A stretch of DNA of 64,000 nucleotides. It comes from Octopus vulgaris (taxonomy: Eukaryota). Location: positions 24,180,001 to 24,244,000 of the forward strand of contig OX597836.1 in the NCBI GenBank assembly GCA_951406725.2. The letters are read 5' to 3'. Position numbers and translations under genes: made by a program. The notes beneath the pieces are model-generated. The model did no database searches, was not told where the DNA came from, and was given only the letters and a program-made list of their open reading frames with translations. The first letter of the stretch is position 1, and each line of letters opens with the position of its first letter. Below, in pieces: positions 1-12,149 of this stretch.

Positions 1-127
1 GATGCTCTACGGTTTCCATTATTCCATCATCTTCATTTCGATAATTATGGTAACGAGCTTGGCTTTGGTGTTTGGTTCATTTAGACGTTAACTTCTCTAC
101 TACAAAATGACGAGACATTTGAATATA

Positions 128-1188
128 CAAGGGATGGACAAAATAATGGAAGCACCTTAAAATTTTAAAGAAATTTATTTTAATATGGGGTAATTACAGC
201 TTCGAGGTATGGACTCGGACAAAGTGTGAGTTGTTTCCAAATGAATTTTTGTCCATTCTACAACTAAAACAGTCTCCAGATTTTGTAGTGGTGATAGTGG
301 ATGATATTGACACCTTACTTGTTTTTCTAAAATGCACCATAAATGTTCAATAATATTGAGATCTGGGGACTGTGGTTGCCAGATAAGATGTTCAACTTTG
401 CTAGAATGTACCTTGTGCCATTCACTAACAACTTTAGCTGTGTGAATTAATCCATTATCATCATGAAAGATTGCGTTTTCCTCTGGAAACAGGTTCGCAA
501 ACATAGAATGAATTTGATCAGATAAAATGCTTAAATTATCTTGATTATTAATTCTGCCATGAAGGGAAACCATTGGGCCGGCGGATTTCCAAGATATAGC
601 CACCCCCAGATCATCACAGATCCTCCTCCATGTTTAACAGTTGGAAGAATGCAGTCTGAGTCAAATGCTTCTTTTGGCTGTCTCTACACGTATACTCGGC
701 CGGTAGTCGGAAATAAGGTAAAGAATGACTCGTCCTAGAAAATAACATTCTTTCACTGCTCTAAGGATCAATTTTGTAGGTTTCTACTCCAATCTAAATG
801 CTTTGCAACATTTGTTTTTGAAAGTAGTGGTTTTCTGATTGCAGCCCTCCCGTGAAATCCGGCTTTGTGCAGCTCCTGATGAACAGCTTTTGTGGAAACC
901 AAGTTATCGAAGTGGTCATTAAGCTCTGCAATAATTTTGGGAATTGTACTTTTGTGATTCTTTCTAACAATTCGCGTGAGAATTCGACGGTCCCTATCTG
1001 AAAGTTTTGGTTTTCTTCCGGAATTTTGTTTCGACGAGAATATTTTTCTCTTCTTTCTCAAAGTCTATCATTACTTTCGAGGCAGTACTTCTTTATACAT
1101 CAAACATTTCGGCTGTTTTCGTTACGCTAGCGCCTGCCATTCGAGCACCAACAATTTCACCTCTGTATATGCATTGATTTTTTCCCAT
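128..1188 (-). mobile_element. Tc1-family DNA transposon with frameshifted transposase pseudogene, DD36E-type spacing
   Basis: Minus-strand fragments: RGEIVGARMAGASVTKTAE, NSGRKPKLSDRDRRIL, DES (~728-736), KHGGGSVMIW and FHDDN...WQPQSPDLNIIEHLW. TA followed by a TIR-like CAAGGGATGGACAAAATAATGG at 126-150. The second TIR was not found. Confidence 0.92.
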
Positions 1189-1783
1189 TTATTTTCGGGT
1201 AAGTATATGGTCCATTATCAATCCATTATTTTAGTGTTTTTTTTGTGAAGATTCTTCTTAAATATCTTTACTCCGCGCTGCAAGCAATTCTGTTCAGTGC
1301 TCTAAAATCTCAAGTAGCAATAATCTCAACATGCTACATTTATTTTATTCAAATGTTAATAACTTGCTCACGTATGCTCGCACGCAAACATACTCGGGTA
1401 TATACACTCACACACATGCTATCGTTAATCGCAAGATTTATTTGATTTTTTTATCTATTTCCCTGTCTTAGTTTTATCAACTTCTCTCCTTCAACGAAAT
1501 TATAAATGCAAGCGAATAAGTGTTAGTAAAATTTCAACTTTTCTATTACAGCAGAATAATATCTTTGGCATGAAGTTGGCCTTTGTTTAAATTAGAAAGT
1601 TGGGAAATTTGGTTCCTGGTGACAACCATCTTATTTGTGGATATAAAAGAATATTCAAAAACAAAAAGTACATTTTAGATTTTAACTTTTGCTTTTGTCA
1701 TAGAACAGGGAAAATTGAGAAATAATTACGAAGACAACGGTTCTGTAAAGCGCTTTCATGATGGTATGGTACGCGGTATCTTT

Positions 1784-2016
1784 GGCGAGCTGGCAGAAAC
1801 GTTAGCACGCCGGGCGAAATGCTTAGCAGTATTTTGCCTGCCGCTACGTTCTGAGTTCAAATTCCGCCGAGGTCGACTTTGCCTTTCATCCTTTCGGGGT
1901 CGATTAAATAAGTACCAGTTACGCACTGGGGTCGATATAATCTACTTAATCCGTTTGTCTGTCCTTGTTTGTCCCCTCTGTGTTTAGCCCCTTGAGGGTA
2001 GTAAAGAAATAGGTAT
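1784..2016 (+). mobile_element. tRNA-derived SINE, family A (Nin/Deu-like central domain)
   Basis: GGCGAGCTGGCAGAAACGTTAGC head, B-box-like GAGTTCAAATTCC and GCCTTTCATCCTTTCGGGGTCGAT core. Flanked by the direct repeat GGTATCTTTG (1775-1784 and 2012-2021). Several near-identical copies occur in the window. Confidence 0.9.
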
Positions 2017-2125
2017 CTTTGTAGCAGTGTCAATGTAATTCATGGAAGTACAAACGCCCTTGAAAACATCAGAAATTTGGTCGGTTATATGTCTACCGAG
2101 CTATGTAGGAACTAACATACATACA

Positions 2126-2358
2126 TATTTCTTTATTACCCACAAGGGGCTAAACACAGAGGGGACAAACAAGGACAGACATAGGTATTAAGTCGATTAC
2201 ATCGACCCCAGTGCGTAACTGGTGCTTAATTTATCGACCCCGAAAGGATGAAAGGCAAAGTCGACCTCGGCGGAATTTGAACTCACAACGTAACGGCAGA
2301 CGAAATACCGCAAAGCATTTCGCCCGGCGTGCTAACGCTTCTCCCAGCTCGCCGCCTT
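2126..2358 (-). mobile_element. SINE family A, full length, with target-site duplication
   Basis: Reverse complement of the 1784-2016 element. TSD AACTAACATACATACA (2110-2125) / AACTAGCATACATACA (2359-2374). Confidence 0.92.
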
Positions 2359-5042
2359 AACTAGCATACATACAGATAGCGTGCAAAGACATTTAACAAT
2401 TAAAAGGATGCATGTATTGAGCAGGATGATTAATTCTTGTCAGGAAAAATAATGAAATAACTCTGAAGTTATTTCTTATTGAATTTAATTAGATGTCTTA
2501 TTGAGTCGTACATTTCGAAATGAGTTTGATTTTTGGAATTTACGGTGAAAATTTTCGCCATGGTTCGTTCTCAACAGATCTTCTTTGTAAAATAATGTTT
2601 ATACTAATAGATGTAACAGCTTAAAGACATCTGTATAGAATGCTATTTAGGGACGTCTTCTTCATGAAAGCTGTGTGCTAACATAGTGCAGTTAGTCAAA
2701 TCATTCTGATATCATACATGTGGTCAGTGAAAAATTATTAACCTAATGATTAATTCTGGTCAAGAATGGTATGGATAATTTTTCGGGAAAAATTCTTTTA
2801 AGCCATCATATCTGTCAGTGTTCTTAGCTCAAAGTGTTTTTCTCAGTCAGCTACAGTCTCGTAGATCTGCAGGTAACACTTTATCTAGATGACAAGGTCT
2901 AATAAGACTGAATTATACCCGGTGTTCTTACTGTTTTTCAAATATCTCCCTTACATATACTAATTTGAGTTTTTAATTCGTTCTGATTAACTTGAATTTT
3001 GGAATTGAATCTTTCCTTTCTTGATAAGAACTTATCATTTGGTTATTTCTTCTTTTCATAACTGTAGTAATCTTGATTAATCAAAATTGCCAATATTATT
3101 TTAATTAACAATATGTTTGGTTCGCTACATTAACTTTAACTTTGCTATGTTAATTGCACCGACCACGTTTATAGTCTTTGAATTTTTTAATATAATTAAT
3201 GATATGAAATGCGGACAACAGAATGGCAAGGCTTGAAAAGGGCGCATAAAAAACATATAGTACAATAACAAATGAAATATCTGAAGGTATTATTATATAA
3301 CACTATAGAATGGATTGTATTTGCAGTCAAAAAAATTTCAAATTTGTACCTTGCCATTGTGCCTAATCTCATAGAAAACAATACGTATTGGTATAACACA
3401 TCCACACATGCGACAAAATTCACAGGTTTTCTTGAACATTAAGTGATTTGTAATTTGTTGTCTATATCTTTAAAATGCAACTAGCTTTGTACATGTCTTT
3501 GGAGTGCTGTTCCTAATATTAAGGCTAGTGATAATAACAGGTTCGAATTTCTTTTAGAGGAGCAGAATTCACGATTCGTTTCCTATAGCTACTTGAATTA
3601 CTATTTTTATTTCATTTTTGTTATTACACTTCTAGAGAAAAGTCAAGGACGTTACAAGCTTCTGATTCTCAATATGTGTTGGCAAAAATATAAACGAATC
3701 TATATTAAGGACTTAGTGGGTGATGCAAAGTTCTAGTAAAACTCGGAAATATCTGCCGTTCAGTTTTAATTAATGTCTATAACTTTCTTATTAATTATAT
3801 ATTTATCATCGTTACATTCTACATATTCTAAACTTTGCAGATTCAAGTTAATTTTAAGAAACAAATTTTAAATATCCCTCTAAAAATAATGCTTTCTAAA
3901 TTGTCACATATATCTTTAATCTTTTGTGATTTTAATAAATAACTTTTAAAGTGGACTAACTTACTAAAGAGTTAGTCAGGACGTTTATCTTTAACATAAG
4001 TACGTATCAAATAATAGCATCGATATAATTAACTACTTGCCCCCAATTAACGTTGATCTTTGAAAGTGGAAGAAATCATTGTTGTTATAAGTGAACGCAG
4101 CAATAATGTAGAAAGCGTATTTGAATTAGATTGGATCACATTTATAGCAATACCATCTGTTAATACTCACAAAAACTCTAGTTACATTTCAAATGTAAAA
4201 AACCGTTTCCTCTTCTATAATATGAAGATAACCAGGTGAAAGGCTAACAGTTACAAAGGTATTACTAAACTTTCTACAAAAACTTTCCTTCAGATTCTAA
4301 AGATTTAAAGCTATTAAAATATTTATTTAGCTCAAATAATTAGTTTTTAAGTGTCTATTTTTGTAAGCGGGAAACAAATGGCTTCTAAGGATTTTGATAT
4401 TTTAGTTAACTTTGCTTTTAATTAAAGTTTTATTTGGAAAACAATGGCAACAAGATCCAGATAATTTTAAAATATTAACAAGTAGTGTTTATGTTATACT
4501 ATATAAATGTATAAAAAAAGATATTCCAAATGTTTCCGTTTACCTAACTCTTAAATATCTACATTAGGTTTTGTGAAAATATTCCATTTCATAAATTAGT
4601 ATTCTATCAAGATAGAAGGAAATATCAGATTAATAATCCCTTTGTATCTGTGAGAAAATAATAAAATTCATAATCCCTTCAGTTATAAAGAAACACTAAT
4701 TTCTAGAAAAAGAGATTCTACTATAAATATCGTTAAAACATGCCGTTCAAGAGCCGTTCTAGGTGGGTTTGAAGTAAAAGAATACCGTATGTTTGTGGGA
4801 TAGCGGTGTATAATTTTTGTTGGAAATTTGCCAATTACATATGTTGCTTCTTTTATTAGTGTTTGAATGTAGCAACACCACTGTTCCGGATATATGAATA
4901 GTACTCTAGCATACAACACAACTCTTCAGAGCGTAGTTATTTTCTGGCTCTCAGGATGAAACATGCTGAAGCAAATTAATATTAAAGGAAAACATGTAAC
5001 AAGAAGTGAAAAAAAGCCTTGATAGAAGTGCGTCAACTCGTT

Positions 5043-5441
5043 AGAAAGCTCATTATTTATTATGAGTATAACTGTTTTTCTTTGCTATACATAGTATTAT
5101 ATCTCGATATTGATGTCAGAGACTAGGTTCTCATGTCCCCACTGTACTACGCTTCCGATGTCTCTCTTTCTACAGAAAGCTCATTATTTATTATGAGTAT
5201 AACTGTTTTTCTTTGCTATACATAGTATTATATCTCGATATTGATGTCAGAGACTAGGTTCTCATGTCCCCACTGTACTACGCTTCCGAGGTCTCTCTTT
5301 CTACAGAAAGCTCATTATTTATTATGAGTATAACTGTTTTTCTTTGCTATACATAGTATTATATCTCGATATTGATGTCAGAGACTAGGTTCTCATGTCC
5401 CCTATATACTACGCTTCCGAGGTCTCTCTTTCTACAGAAAG
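5043..5441. repeat. 131-bp tandem repeat, 3 near-identical units
   Basis: The unit AGAAAGCTCATTATTTATTATGAG...CTCTTTCTAC starts at 5043, 5174 and 5305. Only a few substitutions separate the units. Confidence 0.95.
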
Positions 5442-6246
5442 GTCATACTTAACGAATATTATTAGCATGATTCGGTGCAAAACTACTACCAATATAAACT
5501 TTAATGACGTCATTTCAAAATGATTATTTGTAAGTGAATAAAGTGACTCAGAATACCTATTAGCATGTATATAGTGTGAACAATTTTAACATGTTGCTAC
5601 AGTTTTGTTTTTAAATCCTTTTCAGTTCATCTTCGCCATTTTGTTGTGAATATATTTCACTACATACACTGTCGTATATACCAACAGATATTCGACCATC
5701 TTTAAAAGATTAAAGAATATTCGTTGTGTTAAAATGGCCCATTATAAAGTAATTTTGTTTAGTTGTCCTTGCATATCTATTTCAACTGCCTGCCAAGCAG
5801 ATTAACCAGTAATACAGTGGATCAGCTGTCACGGAATCCATGAGCGTGGTAGTAAACGAGGTCCTCGGGTGGAAAGATTTAATGATTTCAAAATAGAGTA
5901 AATTGAGGTTTTTGGTGAGGGGAGGTTTGACAGAAGAATAGAAATAGGGATGAGAAGACGTCCATTAACTCATCCCGTATGATCTCGGTTATTAGCCGGT
6001 TTATATTATTGTAGAATAGACATTTGAATCAACTTGGCATCATTATATTAGACCTATTGGTAACCCATACTTGATAAAAATTCTCAAAGATCCGTTTTGT
6101 AAATGTTTACTGTGAAAATGACTATAACACTTTTCATAATTCTAAATTTTTCCTATTTCAGTTCTATATTTAAGAGATAAGGAATTATGTACATTATTTA
6201 CATTATTTACATTTGAAGGATAATTGTCTTCATCTTGTTTGTTGTT

Positions 6247-6292
6247 AGCACGACGTTTCGGCTGATATACTCTCCAGCCTTCATCAGGTTTC
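6247..6292 (-). ncRNA. Minimal type I hammerhead ribozyme motif (stem I degenerate in this copy)
   Basis: CUGAUGA core, 5-bp stem II GGCUG/CAGCC, GAAA, palindromic ACGU stem III and GUC triplet. Confidence 0.75.
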
Positions 6293-6333
6293 TTGGGGAA
6301 ATTTCGAACCGGGATTCTCATTCTCATTTTTCG

Positions 6334-6480
<147 letters not shown>

Positions 6481-6682
6481 ATGCAGGCTGCAGCCTGAAA
6501 TCGAATTCGAAATCTTGGGCTAGTAGCCCGCGCTTTTAACCACTACGCCATATGCCCGTGGACATATGGCGTAGTGGATAAGATGAGGACAAATATCCTT
6601 CAAATGTAAATAGTGTAGATAATGTTATTCATATTTATTTCCTAATAAAGGGACTCACATACAAACGCGCGCGCACACACAT

Positions 6683-6741
<59 letters not shown>

Positions 6742-6742
<1 letters not shown>

Positions 6743-7195
6743 TATATACTATATATGTGGGAAATTATGGTCTGTCGCTGTCCTACATCGTTTATCGATT
6801 TTGATAAAACTTGACACGTGAGTAGAATCCATGTCTGGAAATCTCATAGCATACTCAGATTGTTTGAAAAAACTCAATAATAGGCCCCTGGAAGGGATCC
6901 TTTTATATATCTAATATATTTCATTTTAACAATCAAGGGAAATAACCCATTCACCCAGATTTTAACAGCCAAGGGAAATAACCCATTCATTTTCCTAAAT
7001 CATTTGGCATAAATCAAATTGAGTATGCTTATTTCTTAATATTTGAACTGTTAGAGTTATTTTCACAATTTATCCAGTACAACCCTTAAACAAGTAAATA
7101 GCATTCTCTTAAACAATTGATCCACTTATTTTGGTTAGTGACTTATTCACGAACATATCAACACTAGCGCCGCTGAGGGTAACATTTTCTGCTAA
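6742..7195 (+). mobile_element. Possible non-autonomous Helitron-like element
   Basis: The 5' region (TATATACTATATATG...TCTGTC) resembles the start of the 39519 element. It carries an internal CAAGGGAAATAACCCATTCA duplication and ends in a GC-rich stretch followed by CTGCTAAT (compare CTGCTAGT). Confidence 0.45.
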
Positions 7196-7530
7196 TGCAC
7201 AAAAGCCCTTTTCAGAGTTATTTACTTTGAATTGTTATTATCTCATATCTGATTAGTCTCTTACTACGAAAAATGCTACACGATTTCAGTATACATACCC
7301 TATTACATTTATCCTAAGTTCTATATACTCTGGGAACGCATTAAAACCCTTTTCGTGGCTACTTTATTTGGTAACTAATTTCATGTTATTACATTACTGA
7401 CTTCACAATTTGGATATTTATAAGTTATTGGGAATTCCTAAAAACTGTGTAAGACAATTCGATATTCTCTGTAAATGCACAAAAATCATTTTATGTGCAA
7501 CATACTTTGAGTGGCTATACATACATACAT

Positions 7531-7570
<40 letters not shown>

Positions 7571-7594
7571 ACATAAATACATACATACATACAT

Positions 7595-7628
<34 letters not shown>

Positions 7629-7649
7629 GAAGACACAGACAGACAGATA

Positions 7650-7975
7650 GTAGGGTGGAAGCTATTGTCACTCATAATAAAGGAGTACTGGCGGAATGTC
7701 CTAGGAAAACCTCAATAAAATGTAAACGCAATAGACTTGACATAATAATTTAGGATAGAGAAGAGACACTGTGTGCAGTTGTGAAAATCAGCGACCCAGC
7801 GGATGTTAATATGAAGATAAAGATCAGCGAAGAAGAGAATACCTACGCTGAACTATTGAGACACCTGTAGTTACTCTATCCAGATTGCAAGTTCAGGTTT
7901 ATACATCTAATTATTGAGGCAAGGGAATATGTAACACACTACCTAAATACCAATCTTTAGAAATTAGACTTTTAA
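7650..7975 (+). mobile_element. R4/Dong-like non-LTR retrotransposon, restriction-like endonuclease fragment
   Basis: Translates as NRLDIII*DREETLCAVVKISDPADVNMKIKISEEENTYAELLR. Homologous to 20560-20860 and lies next to (CATA)n/(CAGA)n. Confidence 0.8.
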
Positions 7976-7999
7976 ATGTAAAACAACTCGATTTCATAT

Positions 8000-9320
8000 A
8001 GGAGAAAAGTATTCAGAAAACCGATTTCTTTATTAAAAGATGTCTGGATTTATTTCAATACATATTAACAAACCGAAGTTCAAGAAAGAAAAGATGGGTT
8101 TAAATCATATTATTTTCCTTTTTGTGACCCATTCCTGACATTATTTGGTTAGTTTATTTCGAACCCATTCATGCAATAAAATTGGGAAATAACAAGGATT
8201 AAGGTGTTGAAAGTACATATCATTATTCAATATCTTCAAATAGTGATAAATGTTGATGACGCTTTTGCGGTGAAATAAAAAATTCCTCGCATATTCTACT
8301 CGATATGGGCGAGCGATTTGACCGAGGCCACTGACTTGATAGTTTATACTATTCCGAATTAAGAGACACTTCGCTATTTCGGTAGGGGTCTCTAACGAGA
8401 TGATAACCCAATGAGCACGGATAACCTAATAATCACTGCCACAATGCTGCATAAATATTTTATTTTCTATGCTCTTTGTCTGAAAACTGGAACATTTTTA
8501 AGGGTTACTTAAATCATTCAATTAAAACATTAGCTAGTAGCAGTTTAAACGACAAGCTACGTTTCATTGATTACGTGAGTAGAATTAGGAACAACAGAAC
8601 TATTTGAATTGCTGGATATACGTGTGGATGTGACTACACCGATAGCTAAAATCTATTTTGCATTGGTCTAGAAGCATTTCCCTGCAGAACATAGATTTTG
8701 TAAGAACTTTAACCAAAATATGATTAAATTACAATATATAACTATATTATACTCAATCTTGAGCGAGACATAACCGTTTTGAACATGCGTAAATTAATTG
8801 GTAATAATTATGTAATCAATTATGATTGTAGCAATAATGTAAATCGCAATTTCATTTTTAAAAATAATTTTCATTTAGATAAGAATTATCTCATTAAAGA
8901 TGCAGCAAATGTAGTATACAAGTGTATGACTAGAAGCGCCTCTATAAGTAAGACTTGTATCGATTCAGCACTCAAAAGATTGAAAATTAAATAATGTACG
9001 CGTTATCACAAGTTTCGAAACATGGAGAAGGAATATGATTTCACTATCGGTTGTATTTACTCTTAAGTATCAGCTATATTCACTATGACTTGACATGTAG
9101 AATATGAAAAACAGGAACAATCAGTATGAAGTACAACAGGACATTCTGTCAAAGGTCAGTTCATAAAATGGAATTAAAAGATCATGTGAATATATTTGGC
9201 TGAATGACAACTGATACATCTGCTAAAGAGTCTGAACAGGAATTCGGAGATAATTTCGGTTTTGTAAATACCGCTTCATAAGATTGTCAAAACATGTATC
9301 CAATTGATTTATGGTCATGT
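8000..9320 (+). mobile_element. Highly decayed Penelope-like element (RT C-terminal part + GIY-YIG)
   Basis: Remnant motifs FPAEHRFCKNFNQNMIKLQY, NVVYKCMT...KTCIDS and DILSKVSS*NGIKRSCE match the PLE linker/GIY-YIG layout. Confidence 0.65.
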
Positions 9321-9519
9321 GTATACGTTTCTATAGCATATTGTGTTTTGGTTTGAAGTAGTAGTATTAGGAATGAGATAACGGTATTTCAACTTGATCT
9401 ATGCTTATAATTACATACATGGTTTATTATGTTTATTTCCTCAAATTAAAATTCTTCCATATAATTATGATGTGGACATATACTTGTATGAGTGTATATA
9501 CAGATATAATGTTATATAT

Positions 9520-9775
9520 GCAATGAATCCCGGACAAGGGTCTTTCACCTCGTCACAATTGAACGGAGAGGTATGAGTGACAGTGGGTTGTCGGAAAATA
9601 TACAGGAAGCACTGCAATCGCAGTTAACTGGAACAACCTTGTCACATGTTGTGTCATGTGGATTCTGATTGGAAATTAAATTCATAACACACTTGTCAGC
9701 GGAATGTTCAGCCACTTACACGCTAATTCAGGTAGTTTAGTTGATCGAACAACTGAAGTGACTACGTACCTGCAG
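9520..9775 (+). mobile_element. Degenerate SINE-like repeat fragment
   Basis: The segment CTTGTCAGCGGAATGTTCAGCCACT recurs in diverged form near 46470-46500. Confidence 0.4.
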
Positions 9776-9803
9776 CATAAAAAGGTTGCGTTTCAAGACA
9801 CTA

Positions 9804-11085
9804 CCAGGTGGAGTCAAATGCTTTTTTGTTTAAATTTTCACTGATGGTTTTTGGCATCTTGTATCTTCATGTTATATCATCAATGTGATATAACTTGTTA
9901 CTCAATCGTTCCGAATTGTTGATTCGCTACTTTCTTACATAACATATAAACATTAATTGTTTATTCTTTATTTTACAGTTTTGATAATGCGTGGTGAAAA
10001 ATTGCAATTAGAGCCGTTTTAAGTTACATGTGGGAAAAAAGGCCTGACTACAAGGCCAGCAGCAAAAAAAAATTAGTGATGTAAAAGGCCCAGGTACTGT
10101 CAACGAACCTGAGGTACAAAACTGGTTCAAACGTTTCAAGGAAGGAGACAACCAGTGTCGAAGACAAACCAAGGTCAGACAGACCTTCTGTTGTAGACGT
10201 TGAGACCTTGCTTGAAATATTTGAACAAAAGCTAAGCACAACCACTCGTACATTGTCGGCAGAACTTGATCCTTCATAAATTACCATCAATCGACATCTG
10301 CATAAGCTCGGCCGTATGAACAGACGCCGTCGAGAAGCTCCTCATAAACCAACCAATAACCAGGTTCAACGACGTGTGAATTTACATACAGTTGCTGGCA
10401 TTTCGTCGAGATGTCCGTTTCGGCTTCGAATTGTGACTTATGATGAAAAACGAATCTATTTTCGTAATTCTAATTAGAAATCAGTGGCCTCTGAAGAACC
10501 TGTTATCAAACAAGAGCGGTTTGAAGAGAAGGTCATGTTGTGTGTTTGGTGGAATTTTGAAGGATGTTGCATTTTAAGCTTGTCCTAGGTGCAACGCTAA
10601 CCTTTATGCCCACAACTTCAGCGAGTATATGTATGATGCTCTGAAAGCCCACTACTCAGCATTAATGAATCAAAGACGCGCACTCCTAGAGCATAACAAT
10701 ATCACAGCACGCACTGCCACTGCCAATATCACCAAGCGCAGACTTGGAGTACTTGAGGGGCTGGAAGTGCTGGTTCACTCTGCCTACAGTCCAGACCTTG
10801 CACTATCAGATTTGAGGAGCTGGAAGTGCTGTTTCACCCTGCCCACAGTCCAGATCTTACACCATGGCTCATTTCCTAGATGGCGAGGTTTGAACGATGT
10901 CGGTGAGGTTGAAAACGGGTGCAGGGAGATTTCTGCCTCTACACCAGCCAAATGCTATAAGCGTAGAATTGAGCTTATCGCACAACAGACAATAGAATAT
11001 GAGATATATTTTGATTATAATAAACGCATTTTGTATATTATTTACTTCGATCTTCAAAAACGAAAACTGCTTTGACTCAAATTGG
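9804..11085 (+). mobile_element. mariner-family transposon, full-length but decayed
   Basis: Imperfect TIRs CCAGGTGGAGTCAAA and TTTGACTCAAATTGG, each flanked by TA. Motifs VQNWFKRFKEGDNQCRRQ, IVTYDEKRIYF, KVMLCVWW and HSAYSPDLALSD. Many stops and frameshifts. Confidence 0.9.
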
Positions 11086-11323
11086 TACGCTGAAGAGTCG
11101 CCAATATTGCTTAGGTGCAGTAGTTGGCATAAAAACCGACGTTAACAATATTAGCTGCCATACGGCTTGACTATATATAAAACTATATATAACTATATAT
11201 AAAATTATATAACGTTTCTATTACTTATATTAAATTTGTTTTATTCTGCCTCAGAACTGATAATATATATATATATATATATATGTATATGTATGTATGT
11301 ATGTATGTATGCATGTATGTATG

Positions 11324-11355
<32 letters not shown>

Positions 11356-11472
11356 TGTATGTATGTATGTATGTATAAGTTCAGCAAAATTTAGATTCAG
11401 ATGAATATGATACTTAAGTTAAAGGCAACAGAATTTTGTATGGTATTATCCATATAAATCAAATGGAGTGAT

Positions 11473-11783
11473 TATAATCAAAATAAACAAGGATATCCAA
11501 GGTAGAGTATTACAATTGTTTCATGCTACTTCATTTTATTAAGGACTCTAAGTATTACATCAGTTTTAAAATGTCGAGCAATCTTCAGCCACATATAGAA
11601 TTTTCCAATTAAACGGACAATGCACATTCTTGCGCATTGTCCGTTTAATTGGAAAATTCTATATGTGGCTGAAGATTGCTCGACATTTTAAAACTGATGT
11701 AATACAGTGCTTAATAAAATGAAGTAGCATGAAACAATTGTACTACTCTACCTTGGATATCCTTGTTGCTTATTTTGATTATA
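11473..11783. repeat. Long fold-back palindrome formed by a Penelope-like terminal sequence
   Basis: Arms of about 150 bp centred on CAATGCACATTCTTGCGCATTG (~11618-11639), with a few mismatches and indels. Flanked by (TATG)n and (TA)n. Confidence 0.93.
11665..11746 (+). ncRNA. Type I hammerhead ribozyme with extended stem II
   Basis: GUGG-CUGAAGA-U-UGCU...AGCA-U-GAAAC-AAUU-GUA-CUAC. Stem I GUGG/CUAC, palindromic ACAAUUGU stem III, GUA site. A mirror copy lies on the minus strand at ~11507-11592. Confidence 0.65.
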
Positions 11784-12149
11784 TATATATATATACACAC
11801 ATTATCAGTTATGAGGCAGAATAAATCAAATTTAACGTTATATATATATATGCATATATACACATAAATGTACATGCCTACATATATATGTATGTATACA
11901 TGCATATATGGGTACAGGACGTCAAAAACATGAATAAAATGAGAAACGAGAACATAAAAATCAAAACATCTACACATAAGCGCAAAAATGTATACCTACA
12001 TCAACACACATGTGTATAAATAGGAAGCTAAATATAATTATATATAGACGGTCAAGTAGTGTATAAGTACAATCGAAAATTTTTTTATAAAAAATCTGAA
12101 ATAATTCAAAATAGTAGTTTGATTAGAGTAATCTCTCTTCGGAACACCG

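Noticed and set aside
2450-3050. Possible minus-strand PLE RT remnant (KNTG and FPKII-like motifs)
   Set aside because: Too degenerate to support without a profile search.
5043-5441. CRISPR-like array
   Set aside because: The units are contiguous with no unique spacers, the context is eukaryotic, and there are no cas genes.
6490-6557. Functional tRNA gene
   Set aside because: There is no acceptor-stem pairing, the B box and anticodon loop are degenerate, and it is embedded in a repeat. Treated as a SINE head.
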